Of a stretch of DNA of 64,000 nt, positions 8,159 to 19,930 are shown one piece after another. The notes beneath the pieces are model-generated. The model was not told the DNA's origin and searched no databases. It saw nothing but the letters and a program-made list of their open reading frames with translations. The translations under genes and the position numbers were made by a program. Positions within the stretch are counted from its first letter, which is position 1, and every line of letters starts with the position of its first letter. The DNA comes from an uncultured Verrucomicrobiae bacterium. GTDB taxonomy: Bacteria > Verrucomicrobiota > Verrucomicrobiia > Limisphaerales > Palsa-1400. The stretch covers positions 388,347 to 452,346 of the forward strand of contig CAVPOM010000009.1 in NCBI GenBank assembly GCA_963707025.1, given 5' to 3'.

Positions 8159-10864
8159 TTGATCAAACAACCCACATCAGAATCGAAACCCCCGTCAATG
8201 CTGCTGGGCGATGAAAACAGTTTCCGCCTTCTGGTGGAAAGCATCAAAGACTGCGCAATCATCATGCTTGATCCTGACGGACATGTCGTGACCTGGAACG
8301 CAGGGGCCGAAAACTTCAAGGGCTATCGTGCCGAGGAGATAATCGGGAAGGACTTTTCCTGCTTTTATCCTCCGGAGGCCATTGAACGTGGCCTGCCCGA
8401 ACAGGAGCTTAAGAAGGCAGCAAAGGACGGCCGATTTGAAGATGAAGGCTGGCGAATGCGGAAGGATGGGAAAAAGTTCTGGGCCAGCGTCATAATTTCG
8501 GCGCTACGCGACAAGGACGGCACGCTGCAAGGCTTCTCGAAAGTAACGCGGGACCTGCGACTCACGCTGGAGCGAAATAAGGCGGAAAAAGCGCTGCAGG
8601 ACACCAAGGAGCGGCTGGCGAGCATCATTATTTCCGCGATGGACGCAATCATTACGGTGGGGAACGATCAACGGATCGTGCTTTTCAACGGCGCTGCGGA
8701 AAAAATGTTCCGCTGTCCGGCGCAAGAAGCAATGGGCGAGAAGATTGACCGCTTCATTCCGACAAGATTTCGGCCAGCCCATGGCGAGCACCTCCGCGAG
8801 TTCGGCGAGACCGGTGTCACTTCACGCAACATGGGAGCGCTGGGCGTCATTTCCGGGCTCAGGGCGGATGGCGAAGAATTTCCGATCGAGGCTGCAATCT
8901 CACAAGTTGAGGTTGCGGGCGAAATACTTTTCACCGTCGTGTTGCGCGACATCACTGAGCGTAAAAAGGCGGAAGAGGCTCTCCGGGAATCAGAGTCACG
9001 TTTCCGCCAAATCGCCGAATCGTTGCCGCAACTCGTGTGGACCTGCCAACCCGAAGGCCCGTGCGACTACCTAAGCCGCCAGTGGGTTGAGTTCACAGGA
9101 TTACCCGCGGCGCAGCAGTTGGGTTTCGACTGGTTCAACCAGGTTCATCCTGAGGACCGAGCCGGGTTGTCTGGCAGTTGGAACCTCGCCGTCTCGCGCG
9201 GCGGCGCGTTCCAATTCGAGTTTCGCTTGCGCCGGCACGACGGCGTCTTTCGTTGGTTTGATACGCGCGCGGCACCGTTGCGCGATGCGTTGGGAAAAAT
9301 CGTAAAGTGGTTCGGCACGAACACCGACATCACCGACCGCAAACGAGCGGAGGAAGAGCTGCGAACGGCGCATGATCACCTCCGGAGGTTTATTGATTCG
9401 AATATTGTGGGGATCATTATTACGAACGCGGCAGGAGAGATTCTCGAAGCTAATGACTACTACCTCAGGATGATCGGAGCCACGCGCGAGGAGCTACAGG
9501 AAAGCAAGATTGATTGGCGGGCCATCACTCCGCCGGAATGGCTGCCGGCTGACGAGAAGGCGATCATGGAATTGCGGGAGCGGGGGACATGCACCCCCTA
9601 CGAAAAGGAGTACATTCGGCGAGACGGAACCAGGGTACCTGTATTCCTGGCCGATACAATGTTGCCCGGACCAGATGAAAAGATTGCGGCCTTTGCCCTC
9701 GACATCACCGAGCGCAAGAAGGCTGAGCCGGCACTGCGGGAGAGCGAGGAGGGCTTCCGGACGATGGCGGACACCATTCCTCAGCTCGCCTGGATCGCCA
9801 AGGCCGACGGCTACATTTTCTGGTATAACCAGCGCTTTTATGAGTACACGGGCATGACGCCGGCCCAAATGGAGGGCTGGGGCTGGCAGAGTGTGCATGA
9901 TCCCGAAATGCTCCCGAAAGTCATGGTAAGATGGAAAGACGCGATCAACACCGGAAAACCGTTCGAAATGGAATTCCCTCTGCGTGGGGCGGACGGGCGG
10001 TTCCGCACTTTCCTGACGCGTGTGCATCCGCTCAAGAACCCGGCGGGACAGGTATTGCAATGGTTTGGCACAAACACGGACGTGGATGAGTTGAAGAGAA
10101 TCGAGGAAAAAGTTCGGCTGCTTAACGCGGACCTGGAGCAGCGTGTGCATGAGCGCACGGCCCAGCTTGAAGCTACTAACAAGGAACTGGAAGCCTTCTC
10201 CTATTCCGTTTCGCATGATTTGCGCGCTCCGGTGCGGTACCTCGCCGGTTTTGCCGATCTTTTGGCCAAGGCAGCGGGGCCCGCCTTGGCGGGCAAGAGC
10301 CTGCATTATCTGAATGAAATCCAAGACTCCGCCAAACAGATGGGTTGCTTGATTGACGATTTGCTGCTTTTCTCCCGAATGGGGCGGGCCGAGATGAGAT
10401 TTCAGCCGGTGGACATGAAACGGTTGGTGGAGGAGGTCCAAAAACAACTCGCCCCGGAAATCAACGGCCGGGATATTCGATGGAAACTGAGATCCTTGCC
10501 CGAAGTGCAGGCAGATGGGGCGCTGCTGCGGCAGGTGATGCTCAATCTGCTTTCGAATGCGGTGAAATTCACGCGGCCGCGCCAGCCCGCCGAGATTGAA
10601 ATAGGATGCGATAACAGCAGCCGGGAGGAAACAGTTATTTTCGTAAGGGACAACGGAGTCGGTTTCGAGATGGAATATGCGAACCAGCTCTTTGGGGTTT
10701 TCCAGCGTCTCCATTTAGACGACGAGTTTGATGGCACGGGCATCGGCCTGGCCAGCGTGCAGCGCATTGTCAACCGGCATGGCGGACGGACCTGGGCTGA
10801 AGGCAGGATCAACGCGGGCGCAACTTTTTATTTCTCATTACCGAAAAACCCATCATCCACCTGA
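8159..10864 (+). CDS. Multi-PAS sensor histidine kinase (start may be ATG 8198)
   Basis: Five PAS/PAC units; [13 protein letters not shown]-box; [21 protein letters not shown]. Confidence 0.95.
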   Translation: MIKQPTSESKPPSMLLGDENSFRLLVESIKDCAIIMLDPDGHVVTWNAGAENFKGYRAEEIIGKDFSCFYPPEAIERGLPEQELKKAAKDGRFEDEGWRMRKDGKKFWASVIISALRDKDGTLQGFSKVTRDLRLTLERNKAEKALQDTKERLASIIISAMDAIITVGNDQRIVLFNGAAEKMFRCPAQEAMGEKIDRFIPTRFRPAHGEHLREFGETGVTSRNMGALGVISGLRADGEEFPIEAAISQVEVAGEILFTVVLRDITERKKAEEALRESESRFRQIAESLPQLVWTCQPEGPCDYLSRQWVEFTGLPAAQQLGFDWFNQVHPEDRAGLSGSWNLAVSRGGAFQFEFRLRRHDGVFRWFDTRAAPLRDALGKIVKWFGTNTDITDRKRAEEELRTAHDHLRRFIDSNIVGIIITNAAGEILEANDYYLRMIGATREELQESKIDWRAITPPEWLPADEKAIMELRERGTCTPYEKEYIRRDGTRVPVFLADTMLPGPDEKIAAFALDITERKKAEPALRESEEGFRTMADTIPQLAWIAKADGYIFWYNQRFYEYTGMTPAQMEGWGWQSVHDPEMLPKVMVRWKDAINTGKPFEMEFPLRGADGRFRTFLTRVHPLKNPAGQVLQWFGTNTDVDELKRIEEKVRLLNADLEQRVHERTAQLEATNKELEAFSYSVSHDLRAPVRYLAGFADLLAKAAGPALAGKSLHYLNEIQDSAKQMGCLIDDLLLFSRMGRAEMRFQPVDMKRLVEEVQKQLAPEINGRDIRWKLRSLPEVQADGALLRQVMLNLLSNAVKFTRPRQPAEIEIGCDNSSREETVIFVRDNGVGFEMEYANQLFGVFQRLHLDDEFDGTGIGLASVQRIVNRHGGRTWAEGRINAGATFYFSLPKNPSST

Positions 10865-10869
10865 TATTT

Positions 10870-11370
10870 ATGATCGTCCTTAAACGCATTCTCCTGGTTG
10901 AAGACAAGGCCAAAGACGCCGAACTGACACTTCTGGCTCTGGAAGGACATGCCCTGGCCAACGAGGTCGTCGTCGTCCGCGACGGCGTCGAAGCGCTGGA
11001 TTTCCTCCACGCCCGGGGCAAATTCTCCGGACGGAGCGATGGCGATCCGGTTGTGGTGTTGTTGGACGTTAAAATGCCCCGGATGGGCGGGCTGGAAGTG
11101 CTGCGCCACGTCAAAGCCGACCCGCGGTTGAAGAAGATTCCGATCGTGATGTTAACGTCCTCGCGTGAGGAGCCCGACCTGACGCAAGCCTACGAACTGG
11201 GCGCCAATGCCTATGTGGTGAAGCCCGTGGGATTTCAGCAGTTCACCGACGCGGTTAGCCAAGTGGGCGCATTCTGGGCCGTCCTCAACGAAGTGGCGCG
11301 GCCTTCAGGGAAAGAACAAACTTCGGCGCGAGCCGGCGAGGTCATTTCCTCCGTAAAAAAGAGAGTTTAA
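10870..11370 (+). CDS. Single-domain response regulator (Rcp1-like)
   Basis: ILLVED, LLDVKMP, LTSSREE.D...AYELGANAYVVKP. Confidence 0.93.
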   Translation: MIVLKRILLVEDKAKDAELTLLALEGHALANEVVVVRDGVEALDFLHARGKFSGRSDGDPVVVLLDVKMPRMGGLEVLRHVKADPRLKKIPIVMLTSSREEPDLTQAYELGANAYVVKPVGFQQFTDAVSQVGAFWAVLNEVARPSGKEQTSARAGEVISSVKKRV

Positions 11371-11371
11371 A

Positions 11372-12940
11372 ATGAAGCCCCCAATCCACATCCTGCACTT
11401 GGAGGACAATCGAAAGGACGCCGAGATCGTTCAATCCACCCTGGAAGCCGCGGACATCTATTGTGCGACCATTTGGGTACGAAGCCACGATGAATTTGTG
11501 GCGGCGCTCGAACAAGGCGGCATTGACTTGATCCTTTCGGATTACACTCTGCCTGGTTTCGACGGGCTGTCGGCGTTGAAAATCGCGCGGGCCAAATGGC
11601 CAGCAACACCCTTTGTCTTTGTGTCCGGGACAATGAGTGAGGAGCGGGCCATCGAGTCGCTCAAGAGCGGCGCGACAGATTATATCCTGAAGGAACGGAT
11701 GGCCCGGCTCGCTCCGGCGGTACGCCGTGCCATGCAGGAAGTGGCGGATCGGGCTGAACGCCTGAGGCTGGAGGCGCAGTTTGTCGAAGCACAAAAAATG
11801 GAAATACTCGCAAGGCTTGCCGGCGGCGTGGCCCATGACTTTAATAACATCATCGGGGTCATCATGAGCTATAGCGATTTGACGATTCAGGCGCTCGGTC
11901 ATGACGAGGTCCTGAAGAGATATGTGGCGGAAATTCACTCGGCGGCCGAGCGCGCGGTCGGGTTGACAAGGCAATTGCTGATCTTCAGCCGCAAACAGAC
12001 GATCCAACCCAGCGTCCTGGATCTCAATGTCGTGACGCAGGGATTGGGGAAAATGCTTCGGCGGCTCCTTGACGAGAACATCGAAATGACGATTGTTCCC
12101 GGCAAGGAAATCGGACGCATCAAGGCCGACGCCGGTTACATTGAGCAAGTGCTGATGAACCTGGTCGTCAATGCCCGCGACGCCATGCCCCATGGTGGCA
12201 AAATCACCATCGCCACCAACAATGTCACGCTGGATGAGAGTTATGCACGCACGCACCCTGGCGCAAGCCCCGGCAACAACGTCATGTTCAGTGTCAGTGA
12301 CAGTGGAAGCGGCATGACCGACGAAGTCAAATCGCGCATGTTTGAAGCTTTTTTCACAACGAAACCCGAAGGCAAAGGCACCGGCCTGGGGCTGGCGACC
12401 TGCCAAACCGTCGTCCAACAATTTGGCGGTCACATCTGCATTGAGAGTGAGGTTGGCCAAGGAACGACCTTCAAGATTTATTTTCCGCGGGTCGAGCTGG
12501 CGCTTGATGTTAAACCCAAACCGCAGCGGGCCGGGCCATTGCCGCGGGGGACGGAAACTTTGCTGCTGGTGGAGGATGACCCCGCCTTGCGCCATTTGAC
12601 CTGTGATGCCCTCAAAGCCCAAGGCTACGACGTACTGCGGGCGAGCAACGGCCAGGAAGGATTACGGGCGGCACGGGAACTCAATGGTCAGCCCATCGCG
12701 CTGGTCATCACCAACGTCGTTATGCCGATTATGGGCGGCAAAGTCATGGCGGAGTGGCTGAAAACAAGCCATCCCGATCTCAAATTCCTCTTCACCTCGG
12801 GCTACCCGGATGACGCCCTCACCGGCATGCGAATGCTCAAGGCAGGATCAGAGTTCCTGCCCAAGCCTTACACGGCCGCTGCGCTGGTCCGCAAAGTGCG
12901 CCAAATGATTGATGCGTCCCCGACTCAAGTTGCCTCGTGA
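11372..12940 (+). CDS. Hybrid kinase REC-HisKA-HATPase-REC
   Basis: [31 protein letters not shown]-terminal receiver. Confidence 0.95.
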   Translation: MKPPIHILHLEDNRKDAEIVQSTLEAADIYCATIWVRSHDEFVAALEQGGIDLILSDYTLPGFDGLSALKIARAKWPATPFVFVSGTMSEERAIESLKSGATDYILKERMARLAPAVRRAMQEVADRAERLRLEAQFVEAQKMEILARLAGGVAHDFNNIIGVIMSYSDLTIQALGHDEVLKRYVAEIHSAAERAVGLTRQLLIFSRKQTIQPSVLDLNVVTQGLGKMLRRLLDENIEMTIVPGKEIGRIKADAGYIEQVLMNLVVNARDAMPHGGKITIATNNVTLDESYARTHPGASPGNNVMFSVSDSGSGMTDEVKSRMFEAFFTTKPEGKGTGLGLATCQTVVQQFGGHICIESEVGQGTTFKIYFPRVELALDVKPKPQRAGPLPRGTETLLLVEDDPALRHLTCDALKAQGYDVLRASNGQEGLRAARELNGQPIALVITNVVMPIMGGKVMAEWLKTSHPDLKFLFTSGYPDDALTGMRMLKAGSEFLPKPYTAAALVRKVRQMIDASPTQVAS

Positions 12941-15900
12941 ACGAACGCAAACAACTGTCTGCTCTCACGTTGGTGTTGTTCGCCTTTGCAACACTATGCG
13001 CAGTTCTTCTGATCATCGGCGGACTGTTTTTCTTCGGCCTGGGCTCCATTGAGCGCAGCAATCAACGGGAACAATCGCGCGCCCTGAAAAAGCTGGCCGT
13101 TATTGACGACATCGGCCAGGACGTGGGGGAGATGCAGGCTTCCGTGGCTCGGGAGGTGCTCGCCTCCAACGTCAACGAAATAAACCTCCTCGATCAAGAG
13201 ATACGTTCCATTGAGGCAACCAACGGTTCGGAGTTTCGCGACTTTCAACCGTATCTTGACCACGAAACGGAAAGGCAACTCTATGACGGCGCAGCCCGGG
13301 CCCGGAAATTATACTGGGAACAGACCCAGGTGGTTATGGCGCTCAGTCGTGCCAATCAGGATTCCGCAGCGATCAAGCTCGTCAATGCAACCCAAGCCCC
13401 CGCCTACGACCAATACCGGGAAGCGATCAATAAATTGATCGATCATATGGAGGGTGACGCCAACGACTCGACGGCCGCGACCACGGTGCTCATTTCCAAG
13501 ATCAGAATCCTTGGCAATATCCTAGTCCTATTGGCGATCTTGGTTGTCCTTGGAACAGGCTTTGCCGTCAAGGCAGTTGCCCGGCGGCTGAACGAGGACA
13601 ATCAGCGTTTGCAATTCGAAGTCACCGAACGCAAGAAGGCAGAATTGGAAATCCAGCTCTTGGCGGCCTTCCCCCGCTTCAATCCCAATCCGGTGCTGGA
13701 ACTGTCCGTGGCCGGCGAAGTCAAGTTCTTCAACCAAGCCGCTGTGGTGATGGCCCGCGAGCTGGGGCAGGAAACAATTACGGAGATGCTGCCGCCAGAT
13801 ACCGCGGCGATAGTCCGCCAATGCGTAGCCGCCGGCACACCGAAAGTTTGCGTGGAGACACAGATCGGTCCGCGCGTCATTTCGTGGTCGTTCTTCCCCA
13901 TCAAGGCCACGAATACGGTGCATTGTTATGGGGGCGATAGCACCGAACGGAAGCGGACGGAAGAAGCGTTGCAGGCATCACAGCAGATCGTCACAGAGAT
14001 TATCAACGCGATACCGGTGCGGGTGTTCTGGAAGGACAAGAATCTCGCCTACCTGGGTTGCAACGCGGCCTTCGCGCGCGATGCGGGGTTTGCCGATCCC
14101 AAGGACATCATCGGGAAATATGATTACCAAATGGTTTGGCGTGATCAGGCAGAAGGCTATTGCAAGGATGACCGCCAGGTCATCGAGAGCGGCCGCTCCA
14201 AACTTCTGGTGGAAGAATCCCAAACGACCCCGGACGGGAACAGGATCACACTTCTGACGAACAAGGTGCCTCTGCATGATTCCGAAGGGAAGATCGAAGG
14301 CGTCATCGGGACGTATATGGACATTACGGAGCGCAAGCAATCTGAGGAGAGACTGCGATTGCATAGCGCCGCCTTGGAAGCAGCGGCCAACGCCATTGTC
14401 ATCACCGACAAGTCGGGCAGCATCCAAACGGTTAACCCCGCGTTCACGGCGCTGACTGGCTACACCGCGGAGGAAGTTGTGGGCAAGACCCCGCGGATCC
14501 TGAAAAGCGGCAATCACGATGAGTCGTTCTATCGAAACCTCTGGCAAACGATATCTTCCGGCCGGGTTTGGAGCGGGGAAATGAGCAATCGGCGCAAGGA
14601 CGGCAGCCTCTATGCCGAAGAAATGACCATCACCCCGTTGCTCAATGCCCAAGGTGAGATCGTCCGCTACATTGCCATCAAACAGGACATTACCCGGCGC
14701 AAGCGGGCGGAGGAGAAACTGACATTATTCCGCGCGCTGATTGAGCGCTCCCAAGATGGCATTTACATTGTCGATCCCGATACGGCACGTTTCCTGGACG
14801 CCAATGAGAGCGGGTGCCATGCGCTGGGCTACACCCGCGACGAACTGCTCAAGTTCACGGTGTGTGACGTGGTGCCGGGGCCTGACCGTGCGGCGTTCGA
14901 GACAGGTAACGCAAAAATTGAAAAAAAGGGCCATGCCTTGATGGAAATCCTGCACCGGCGCAAGGACGGCACAACGTTTCCGGCGGAAGCATCCCTGTCA
15001 TTCGTCAAGCTCGACCGCAAGTATCAGGTGGCCATCGTGCGCGACATCACTGAGCGCAAGCAGATGGAGGCCGCTTTGCGCGAAAGCCAGGAGAAATTCA
15101 AGGGGCTCTTCGATGGCTCCTGCGACGCCATTATGACCGCTGAAGGTTCTTCCGGGAAGTTCACCTCCGGGAATCCAGCGGCGGTGAAGATGTTCGGGGC
15201 AAAAAGTGAGGCGGAATTTATTTGCTACACGCCAGCGCAACTTTCTCCCGATCGCCAGCCGGACGGGCGACCTTCTGCCGAGAAAGCTAGGGAAATGATT
15301 GAGACGGCCCTGCGCAAAGGCTCCCACCTCTTCGAGTGGACACACCGGCGGATCGGCGGCGAGGCGTTTCCCGCAACCGTGCTCATTACCAGGATGCAGT
15401 CCGGCGACAAGGTGTTTCAACAGGCAACGGTTCGTGACATCACCGAGTCCAAACTGGTTGAAGCGGCCCGGGACCGTTTGGTGGCCATCCTGGAATCCAC
15501 CACAGACTTAGTGAGCATCGCCGATCCCCTTGGGCGTCTCATCTATCTCAACCGCGCCGGCCGCAACCTGCTTGGCGTGGGTCTCGACGACGATATCACC
15601 ACTGCCGCTATTCGCGACTTTCTTCCCAACCCCGACAGCCATCCCGACTTTACGGAAGGAATTCCCGCAACCATCCGCCACGGCAATTGGAAAGGGGAAG
15701 TGGTCATCCTAAGCCGTGGTGGACAGGAAATCCCAGTCTCCCAAGTCATCCTTGCCCACAAAAACCCCGACGGGAAGATCGAGTTCATGTCCACCACCAT
15801 GCGGGACATCACCGAGCGCAAGCGGTTCGAAGCCAAATTATTTCAAGCTCAGAAAATGGAAACTGTCGGCAACCTGGCCGGTGGGATTGCGCACGAGTTC

Positions 15901-17058
15901 AACAGCATTTTGACAACCATCATCGGCCAATGTGAATCGCTGCTGGGCAATCTTCCCACAGGCGGGCTGCCGGCCAAAAGAGCGATCGAAATCAGCCAGG
16001 CCGCCACCCGCGCCGCCACGCTGACCCGCCAACTTCTTGCCTTTGGTCGCAAACAATTTCTGCAACCCGAAATCCTCGATCTCGACCAGATTATCGCTGG
16101 CCTGGAAGGGGTGTTTCGCCCTCTCCTGGGCCGCAATGTGGCGACACAAATCGTCTCTGCCCCCGGTCTGCACCCGGTCAGCGCGGACGCCGGACAAATT
16201 GAGCAGGTCATCATGAACCTCGTCATGAACGCGCGTGATGCCATGCCCAACGGCGGCAAACTCACACTGGAAACCTCCAACGTTTCGTTTGACGAAGAGA
16301 CTGTCCAGCTTGAGCCAGGATTGGAGCCGGGCGACTATGTGATGCTGGTCATCACGAACACGGGCGCAGGCATGAGCGAAAAAGTGAAGGCGCATCTGTT
16401 CGAGCCATTCTTTACGACCAAGGGAGTGGGCAACGGAACCGGTTTGGGATTGTCCACCTGTTTTGGCATCATCAAACAAAGCGGCGGTCACATCAGCGTC
16501 TTGAGCGAACCCGGCCAGGGCACCACCTTGAAGGTTTATCTGCCCCGAGTTGAAAAGCAGGCGCCAGCTCCCCTTCAGCTTGTTGCATCAGAGGAGTTCC
16601 CGCGCGGGACGGAAACCATTTTGCTGGTTGAAGCGGAACCAGCCCTGCGCGAGATGGCGACGGACTTGTTAAGACAACTCGGCTACTCGGTTTTGGCAGC
16701 GGCCAACGGTATCGAGGCCTTAAATGTGAAACAGCCGGGTGAATTGGGGCGCATTGATTTATTGTTTACTGATGCCGTCATGCCGCACATGAGCGGCATG
16801 GAATTGGCGGACCGCGTAAGGGCGCTGTATCCTCATGCCAAGATTCTTTTCTCTTCTGGGTATACAGAGAATGCCATCCTCCAGCAAGGCGAGTTGGACA
16901 AGGGGGTGGCGACTCTGCAAAAACCGTTCACCCCTTCCGCGCTGGCGCACAGGCTGCGGGAAGTGTTGGATCAACCAAGTGCTCTGGAACCAGACACCGC
17001 GCAGCCGTCCTTTACCTCCACGAAAAACTTCGCCGAGGCCGGAACATCAACGAACTGA
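12937..17058 (+). CDS. Membrane-bound hybrid sensor kinase (four-helix periplasmic sensor, multiple PAS, HisKA, HATPase, REC)
   Basis: Two TM segments flanking a helical domain; repeated DITERK PAS ends; GGIAHEFN; GTGLGL; LFTDAVMP. Confidence 0.95.
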   Translation: MNERKQLSALTLVLFAFATLCAVLLIIGGLFFFGLGSIERSNQREQSRALKKLAVIDDIGQDVGEMQASVAREVLASNVNEINLLDQEIRSIEATNGSEFRDFQPYLDHETERQLYDGAARARKLYWEQTQVVMALSRANQDSAAIKLVNATQAPAYDQYREAINKLIDHMEGDANDSTAATTVLISKIRILGNILVLLAILVVLGTGFAVKAVARRLNEDNQRLQFEVTERKKAELEIQLLAAFPRFNPNPVLELSVAGEVKFFNQAAVVMARELGQETITEMLPPDTAAIVRQCVAAGTPKVCVETQIGPRVISWSFFPIKATNTVHCYGGDSTERKRTEEALQASQQIVTEIINAIPVRVFWKDKNLAYLGCNAAFARDAGFADPKDIIGKYDYQMVWRDQAEGYCKDDRQVIESGRSKLLVEESQTTPDGNRITLLTNKVPLHDSEGKIEGVIGTYMDITERKQSEERLRLHSAALEAAANAIVITDKSGSIQTVNPAFTALTGYTAEEVVGKTPRILKSGNHDESFYRNLWQTISSGRVWSGEMSNRRKDGSLYAEEMTITPLLNAQGEIVRYIAIKQDITRRKRAEEKLTLFRALIERSQDGIYIVDPDTARFLDANESGCHALGYTRDELLKFTVCDVVPGPDRAAFETGNAKIEKKGHALMEILHRRKDGTTFPAEASLSFVKLDRKYQVAIVRDITERKQMEAALRESQEKFKGLFDGSCDAIMTAEGSSGKFTSGNPAAVKMFGAKSEAEFICYTPAQLSPDRQPDGRPSAEKAREMIETALRKGSHLFEWTHRRIGGEAFPATVLITRMQSGDKVFQQATVRDITESKLVEAARDRLVAILESTTDLVSIADPLGRLIYLNRAGRNLLGVGLDDDITTAAIRDFLPNPDSHPDFTEGIPATIRHGNWKGEVVILSRGGQEIPVSQVILAHKNPDGKIEFMSTTMRDITERKRFEAKLFQAQKMETVGNLAGGIAHEFNSILTTIIGQCESLLGNLPTGGLPAKRAIEISQAATRAATLTRQLLAFGRKQFLQPEILDLDQIIAGLEGVFRPLLGRNVATQIVSAPGLHPVSADAGQIEQVIMNLVMNARDAMPNGGKLTLETSNVSFDEETVQLEPGLEPGDYVMLVITNTGAGMSEKVKAHLFEPFFTTKGVGNGTGLGLSTCFGIIKQSGGHISVLSEPGQGTTLKVYLPRVEKQAPAPLQLVASEEFPRGTETILLVEAEPALREMATDLLRQLGYSVLAAANGIEALNVKQPGELGRIDLLFTDAVMPHMSGMELADRVRALYPHAKILFSSGYTENAILQQGELDKGVATLQKPFTPSALAHRLREVLDQPSALEPDTAQPSFTSTKNFAEAGTSTN

Positions 17059-17063
17059 TCACG

Positions 17064-18719
17064 ATGACACCGCCACAGAATCAAAACCTGACAATCCTCG
17101 TGATTGACGATGAAGCGTCGTTTCGCCAACCATTGCGCCTCTCTCTTCAGGCGAAGGGGTTCGCCACGCTGGAAGCGGCCACTTGCCAGGATGGCATCCA
17201 CACAGCCAAAGCCCAGAAACCGGACTTGATCGTTTGTGACGTTGATCTGCCCGACGGTACCGGCCATAAAGTGCTCGAAGCCCTAAAGGATGATCCTGCC
17301 ACGTCCGCCATCCCGTTCATCTTTATGACGGGGATGGACGACCCGAAGGCCTTGCGTCGAGGCATGGATCAAGGGGCGGACGACTTCCTCCTAAAACCGT
17401 TTCCCATGAATTCCATGCTTGCAGCAGTGGAGGCCCGTCTCCACCGGAGCGCCATGTTGCGGTCCCGAGCGGAACAGACCGAAAAGCGGCTTCAAGCCAT
17501 CGTCGAGACGAGCCCCGACCTGGTAGCGATGGCAGACATCAACAGCCGACAAATCCTTTACCTAAACCGGGCCGGTCGAGAGTTGCTTCAACTTGGCGCG
17601 TTGGAGGACTTCTCGACCTTGGACCTGTGCGACATCCATCCGGTCGAAACCGTGGCGCGCATTGTAGGGGAGATCATTCCGACGGCCATCGAGAAGGGCT
17701 CTTGGACTGGCGAAACGACCTTTCTCAACCGGGCCAAGGTCGAGGTGCCGGTGGTTGAAGTCGTCGTGGCGCATAAATCACCGGAGGGCCGCGTCGAATT
17801 CCTCTCCATGCTCGCGCACAATATAACGGTGCGCAAACAAGCCGAATTGGAGCGGCATCAAATGGAGATTCAGTTGCGCCACTCCCAAAAACTGGAGTCC
17901 ATCGGCCAACTGGCTGCTGGCATCGCTCACGAAATCAACACCCCCACACAATTCATCGGCGACAATCTCCACTTCCTACAGGATGTCTTCAACGACCTGC
18001 TCGGTTTGTTGGGGCAATTCAGTCTGCTGCTGGAAGCCGCTCGCGGCCAAGCCTTCGCTCAGAGTCTGACCGAGGAAATTGAAAATACAATTCATGCGAT
18101 CAACCTACCCGACTTGGAGAAAGAGATACCGAAATCCATTACGCAGGGGCTTTCCGGGGTGCAACGCGTGGCCAAAATCGTACAAGCCATGAAAGACTTC
18201 TCGCACCCGGGCACGGAAACTAAAATACCAGTCGATCTCAACCGCGCCATCGAAAGCACTCTGACGGTGTGCCGGAACGAGTGGAAATACGTGGCCGATT
18301 TGCAGACCGACTTTGATCCGGTCCTGCCTCTGGTGTCCTGTCTGCCAGGAGAGTTCAACCAAGTCATCCTCAACATCGTGGTCAACGCGGCCCATGCCAT
18401 CGCGGACAAGATGGGCGGGAAGGCCAAGGGAGTCATCGGTGTGAGCACGCGCCGCCACGGCGACAAGGTCGAAATCCGCATCAGTGACACTGGCACGGGC
18501 ATTCCTGAGTCGGCGCGCGGACGAATATTTGATCCTTTCTTCACCACCAAGGAGGTGGGCAAAGGCACCGGCCAGGGTTTGGCCATCGCCCGTTCGGTCG
18601 TCGTGGATAAACATCAAGGCGAGATTTTCTTTGAAACGGAAATGGGCCAAGGCACGGCATTTGTCATCCGGCTGCCTTTAGCCCAAAACAAAAACGGCAA
18701 CGCCGTTCAAGACAAATGA
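17064..18719 (+). CDS. REC-PAS-histidine kinase
   Basis: IVCDVDLP, AGIAHEINTP, NAAHAI, GKGTGQGL. Confidence 0.95.
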   Translation: MTPPQNQNLTILVIDDEASFRQPLRLSLQAKGFATLEAATCQDGIHTAKAQKPDLIVCDVDLPDGTGHKVLEALKDDPATSAIPFIFMTGMDDPKALRRGMDQGADDFLLKPFPMNSMLAAVEARLHRSAMLRSRAEQTEKRLQAIVETSPDLVAMADINSRQILYLNRAGRELLQLGALEDFSTLDLCDIHPVETVARIVGEIIPTAIEKGSWTGETTFLNRAKVEVPVVEVVVAHKSPEGRVEFLSMLAHNITVRKQAELERHQMEIQLRHSQKLESIGQLAAGIAHEINTPTQFIGDNLHFLQDVFNDLLGLLGQFSLLLEAARGQAFAQSLTEEIENTIHAINLPDLEKEIPKSITQGLSGVQRVAKIVQAMKDFSHPGTETKIPVDLNRAIESTLTVCRNEWKYVADLQTDFDPVLPLVSCLPGEFNQVILNIVVNAAHAIADKMGGKAKGVIGVSTRRHGDKVEIRISDTGTGIPESARGRIFDPFFTTKEVGKGTGQGLAIARSVVVDKHQGEIFFETEMGQGTAFVIRLPLAQNKNGNAVQDK

Positions 18720-19930
18720 AAAAGCGCATCCTTTTCGTTGACGACGAGGCCATGGTCCTGGAAGGCCTCCAGCGCATGCTTCGCTCGATGCGCGCCGAAT
18801 GGGAAATGGAGTTTGTCGAAAGCGGGGAGGCAGCTCTCGGTTTACTCGACCAAAAGCCCTTCGATGTGATCGTCTCCGACATGCGCATGCCCCGCATGAA
18901 CGGGGCTGAACTGCTGGCCGAGGTCATGAAGCGGCACCCCTCCACCGTGCGCTTGATCCTCTCCGGCTACGCCGATAAGGACCTGATCCTCAAATGCGTC
19001 GGTTCGACCCATCAATATCTGGCCAAGCCCTGCGACGCCGAGTCTCTGAAAGCCACGATCGAGCGGGCTTCCAACTTGGAAGACTCCCTCCACAACGAGC
19101 GCCTCAAGACCTTGGTATGCCAGATGAACCATCTGCCCAGCATCCCAACACTCTACATGCAGGTGGTCGAGAAGACCAGCCGGGCCGAGACCTCGCTCGA
19201 AGAAATCGGCCGCCTCATTGGCCAGGACATCGGCATGACCGCCCAGATACTCAAAATGGCCAACTCTGCCTTCTTCGGCTTGCGTCGGCAGCTTTCCAGC
19301 GTGGAGGAAGCCGTCGCCTATCTTGGTTTGGACACCATCAAGTCCCTGGTTTTGTCCATTCACGCCTTTTCCCAGTTTGAGAAAGCTGAAAGAGGCGCGT
19401 TTAGTATCGAGGCGTTGTGGGGCCACAGCCTGCAAGTGGCAAGTTTTGCCAAACGCATCGTCAAACTCGAAGGCCAGGAGGCCAAAGCCGCCGAAGAGGC
19501 TTTCACCGCCGGCATGCTGCACGACATCGGAAAACTGGTCCTGGCGGTCAATTTGCCCAAGGAATACGCCGAAGCCACGCGCCTGGCCCTATCCGGCCTG
19601 GAGCTTCCCCTGGCCGAACATCAGGTCTTCGGCTCCAATCACGCCGACGTCGGCGGATATTTGATCGGTTTGTGGGGACTGCCCGTGCCCGTGGTCGAAG
19701 CCGTGGCTCTCCATCACTGCCCGTCCCGGGCCACGCAACCAGCTTTCAGCCCGTTAACCAGCGTCCACACCGCAAATGTCCTTGCATGGGAACGACCCAA
19801 CTCCGCCAATGGCGAGCCGGCACCGCAATTGGACGCCAGCTATCTCGGCCTCGTGGGTGTTTCGGCACGCCTGGCCGCCTGGCGCTCGGCCCTGCAGGAG
19901 AACTCAACTCAACAACTAAACCATTCATGA
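18716..19930 (+). CDS. REC + HDOD domain protein
   Basis: VSDMRMP; LPSIP, ILKMANSAFFG, GMLHDIGKL, LWGLP. Confidence 0.93.
   Translation: MKKRILFVDDEAMVLEGLQRMLRSMRAEWEMEFVESGEAALGLLDQKPFDVIVSDMRMPRMNGAELLAEVMKRHPSTVRLILSGYADKDLILKCVGSTHQYLAKPCDAESLKATIERASNLEDSLHNERLKTLVCQMNHLPSIPTLYMQVVEKTSRAETSLEEIGRLIGQDIGMTAQILKMANSAFFGLRRQLSSVEEAVAYLGLDTIKSLVLSIHAFSQFEKAERGAFSIEALWGHSLQVASFAKRIVKLEGQEAKAAEEAFTAGMLHDIGKLVLAVNLPKEYAEATRLALSGLELPLAEHQVFGSNHADVGGYLIGLWGLPVPVVEAVALHHCPSRATQPAFSPLTSVHTANVLAWERPNSANGEPAPQLDASYLGLVGVSARLAAWRSALQENSTQQLNHS

Noticed and set aside
19417..19926. Long N-terminal extension of the 553-aa ORF
   Set aside because: Overlaps the HDOD gene out of frame; the real start is ATG 19927.
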